A stretch of 64,000 bases of DNA, taken from positions 64,001 to 128,000 of the forward strand of contig OY781964.1 of the NCBI GenBank assembly GCA_963677485.1, read 5' to 3'. The notes beneath the pieces were generated by a model. That model ran no database searches, was not told the origin of the DNA, and saw only the letters and a program-made list of their open reading frames with translations. Shown here in pieces: positions 62,327 to 64,000 of this stretch; positions within the stretch are counted from its first letter, which is position 1; each line of letters begins with the position of its first letter. A program made the position numbers and the translations under genes. The DNA is from Armatimonadota bacterium. GTDB lineage: Bacteria > Armatimonadota > HRBIN16.

Positions 62327-62537
62327 ATAACAACCTCCCATAGACCCGATTCATCAACCAGCTATTTATAGAAATTATACTACAACCCTCTTTAGGGGCG
62401 CGATCAGCCCATGCTTGCTATAATGGATTGTGGATAATTGGAGAGCTGAAGGACAGAGCTTGCTGTATATATCTGGCATCTACCAGCATACTTCACCTAG
62501 CTGCCATGCAATGAATACTTATTCGTGAGGAACCAGA

Positions 62538-63380
62538 TTGGACTACACTGATCTACAAGGCTACGTAGGCGTCGATATCGGCGGCCAAAGTATAAAAGTC
62601 GGCACATATGAGGGCGAAGAGCTCGTGGTGATCGATATTCCTATCCCCGACACTTACGAGGCATCAAAAAAAGCGACCGTTGCTGCGGCGCATGAGCTTT
62701 TGGGTGGCACACCACTGGGCGTTGGGATCGGCTCACCTGGGCCGCTGGATTGGCGCACAGGATATGTGAAATTCACCCCAAACATTCCGTGGGCACGGGA
62801 AATCCACTACCTGGAGATGGCTGACGACCTTGGCTGTCCGGTATGGGTAGACAACGATGCTAATGTGGCAGGGCTGGCGGAAGCCTGCATGGGTGCGGGT
62901 GAGGGTCTGGCATATGTCACGGGCTTCACTTTGGGAACTGGCATCGGCTTCTTCTTCGTCAATAACGGCCGGATATACCATGGTCGCTACGACGTCGAAG
63001 GCGGGCATCAGATCATCAATCCTGACGGCCCTCTATGTGGCTGTTCTGGCAAAGGCCATCTGGAAGCGTACATCAGTGCCACAGCCATTGAGCGCGACAC
63101 CGGCATGAAACCAGCCGACATCAATGACCCGGCATTCTGGGATCGCTACGCCAGAATACTGGCCCAGGCCATCATGACCACAAACAGCATTTTATGCCCG
63201 GACATCGTGATTTTAGGCGGTGGAATTATCAAGCGTGGAGATATGTTGATGCAGCCGCTGGAGAAGCATATCAAGTCGATGGAGGACATCCTGCCCTCCC
63301 CGTTGGTGCGTGTCGCCAAATTGGGGCATCGAGCGGGAGTTGTGGGTGCCATCATACTGGGCAAATACGGTCACCAATAG
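62538..63380 (+). CDS. ROK family sugar kinase
   Basis: GVDIGG, GIGSPGP, DNDAN, TLGTGIG, EGGH, CGC..GHLEAY.S. Confidence 0.9.
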   Translation: MDYTDLQGYVGVDIGGQSIKVGTYEGEELVVIDIPIPDTYEASKKATVAAAHELLGGTPLGVGIGSPGPLDWRTGYVKFTPNIPWAREIHYLEMADDLGCPVWVDNDANVAGLAEACMGAGEGLAYVTGFTLGTGIGFFFVNNGRIYHGRYDVEGGHQIINPDGPLCGCSGKGHLEAYISATAIERDTGMKPADINDPAFWDRYARILAQAIMTTNSILCPDIVILGGGIIKRGDMLMQPLEKHIKSMEDILPSPLVRVAKLGHRAGVVGAIILGKYGHQ

Positions 63381-63392
63381 GAGCAGTAACAC

Positions 63393-63536
63393 ATGAAAAA
63401 AATCAAAATGATAAAAAAAGTAGAAACAATGGACGATGGACGAAAACTCAACGTCTATCAGTTTGAGGTAGAGGGCGAACCAGCACCGAAGCCTTTCGTT
63501 CTAGCTAAACCATCTCCGGAACCGAAACAAGAGTAA
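63393..63536 (+). CDS. Small 47-aa protein
   Basis: RBS AGGAG; MKKIKMIKKVETMDDGRKLNVYQFEVEGEPAPKPFVLAKPSPEPKQE; lies between ROK gene and terminator. Confidence 0.65.
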   Translation: MKKIKMIKKVETMDDGRKLNVYQFEVEGEPAPKPFVLAKPSPEPKQE

Positions 63537-63572
63537 GGCCTCTCCATTACACGTAGTGATCAGAATCTAATC

Positions 63573-63615
63573 ACGGGGTTTTAGCTGATGATAAGGCTAA
63601 AACCCCGTACTTTTT
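63573..63615 (+). terminator. Rho-independent terminator
   Basis: ACGGGGTTTTAGC/GCTAAAACCCCGT followed by ACTTTTT. Confidence 0.8.
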
Positions 63616-63934
63616 CTGTCTATTACGCGGTATAACTGTAGTATAGGGATCACATATAGGCAGTCAGCAATGCTGATAGCCATCATTGAATACCAGACTT
63701 AACTATATTTGTAAGCTAAGTTACATTAGTTTGCAGGAATTTGGTATGATGACGTGTAATCTCTTCATAGTGGTAGAAGGCACTACCACAGGCAATCTGG
63801 TTTGTATTTATTTCTACTTACTACTCGTCAGACGATGACATCGTGCCGTGAGTTCCGATCATTACCGTCTGATGTCCCGGTAAAACCCCACGACGGGGCA
63901 CTCCGGCCAATCGTTGCTGTGCAGGAGTAATACC

Positions 63935-64000
63935 ATGACAAATGAAACATCTGTTTGCCCTCATCTAGAGCATTGCAGTCAACGCTTTGCTCAAGCGGAT
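63935..64000 (+). CDS. Start of a CDS running off the window
   Basis: AGGAG RBS followed by ATG, MTNETSVCPHLEHCSQRFAQAD... Confidence 0.45.
   Translation, partial: MTNETSVCPHLEHCSQRFAQAD

Overview
A ~55% GC bacterial chromosomal window. Gene content suggests an Armatimonadota-like organism, but that is inference only. Housekeeping and transport genes: sugar ABC transporter with a fused permease/binding protein, wzm/wzt plus two GT4s, tricorn protease, mtlD, RqcH/NFACT, amidase plus GerMN, ArsR plus P1B ATPase, purH, glyQS, nth, CAT-like protein and a ROK kinase. There are many CAZymes (GH31, GH63-like, GH30, CE15-like, two GH99-like paralogues) and abundant REP-like palindromes. The most striking feature is at 45419-48008 (- strand): two group II introns abut with no exon between them, one encoding an RT/maturase and one ORF-less with a structurally conserved ribozyme. 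They sit exactly at the CCCCTAC end of a GTAG-type REP hairpin. The putative EBS1 (GUAGG) pairs with the REP end and also with the intron's own 3' end (CCCCTAT), so each insertion would recreate its target. Other notable items: an orphan terminase interrupted by an in-frame TAG just before its HDD nuclease motif, a three-gene family of secreted repeated beta-rich domains (one frameshifted, with 9x39-nt repeats), and a two-copy structured intergenic element showing covariation. No rRNA, tRNA or CRISPR array was seen. All family calls come from motif recognition; no searches were run.
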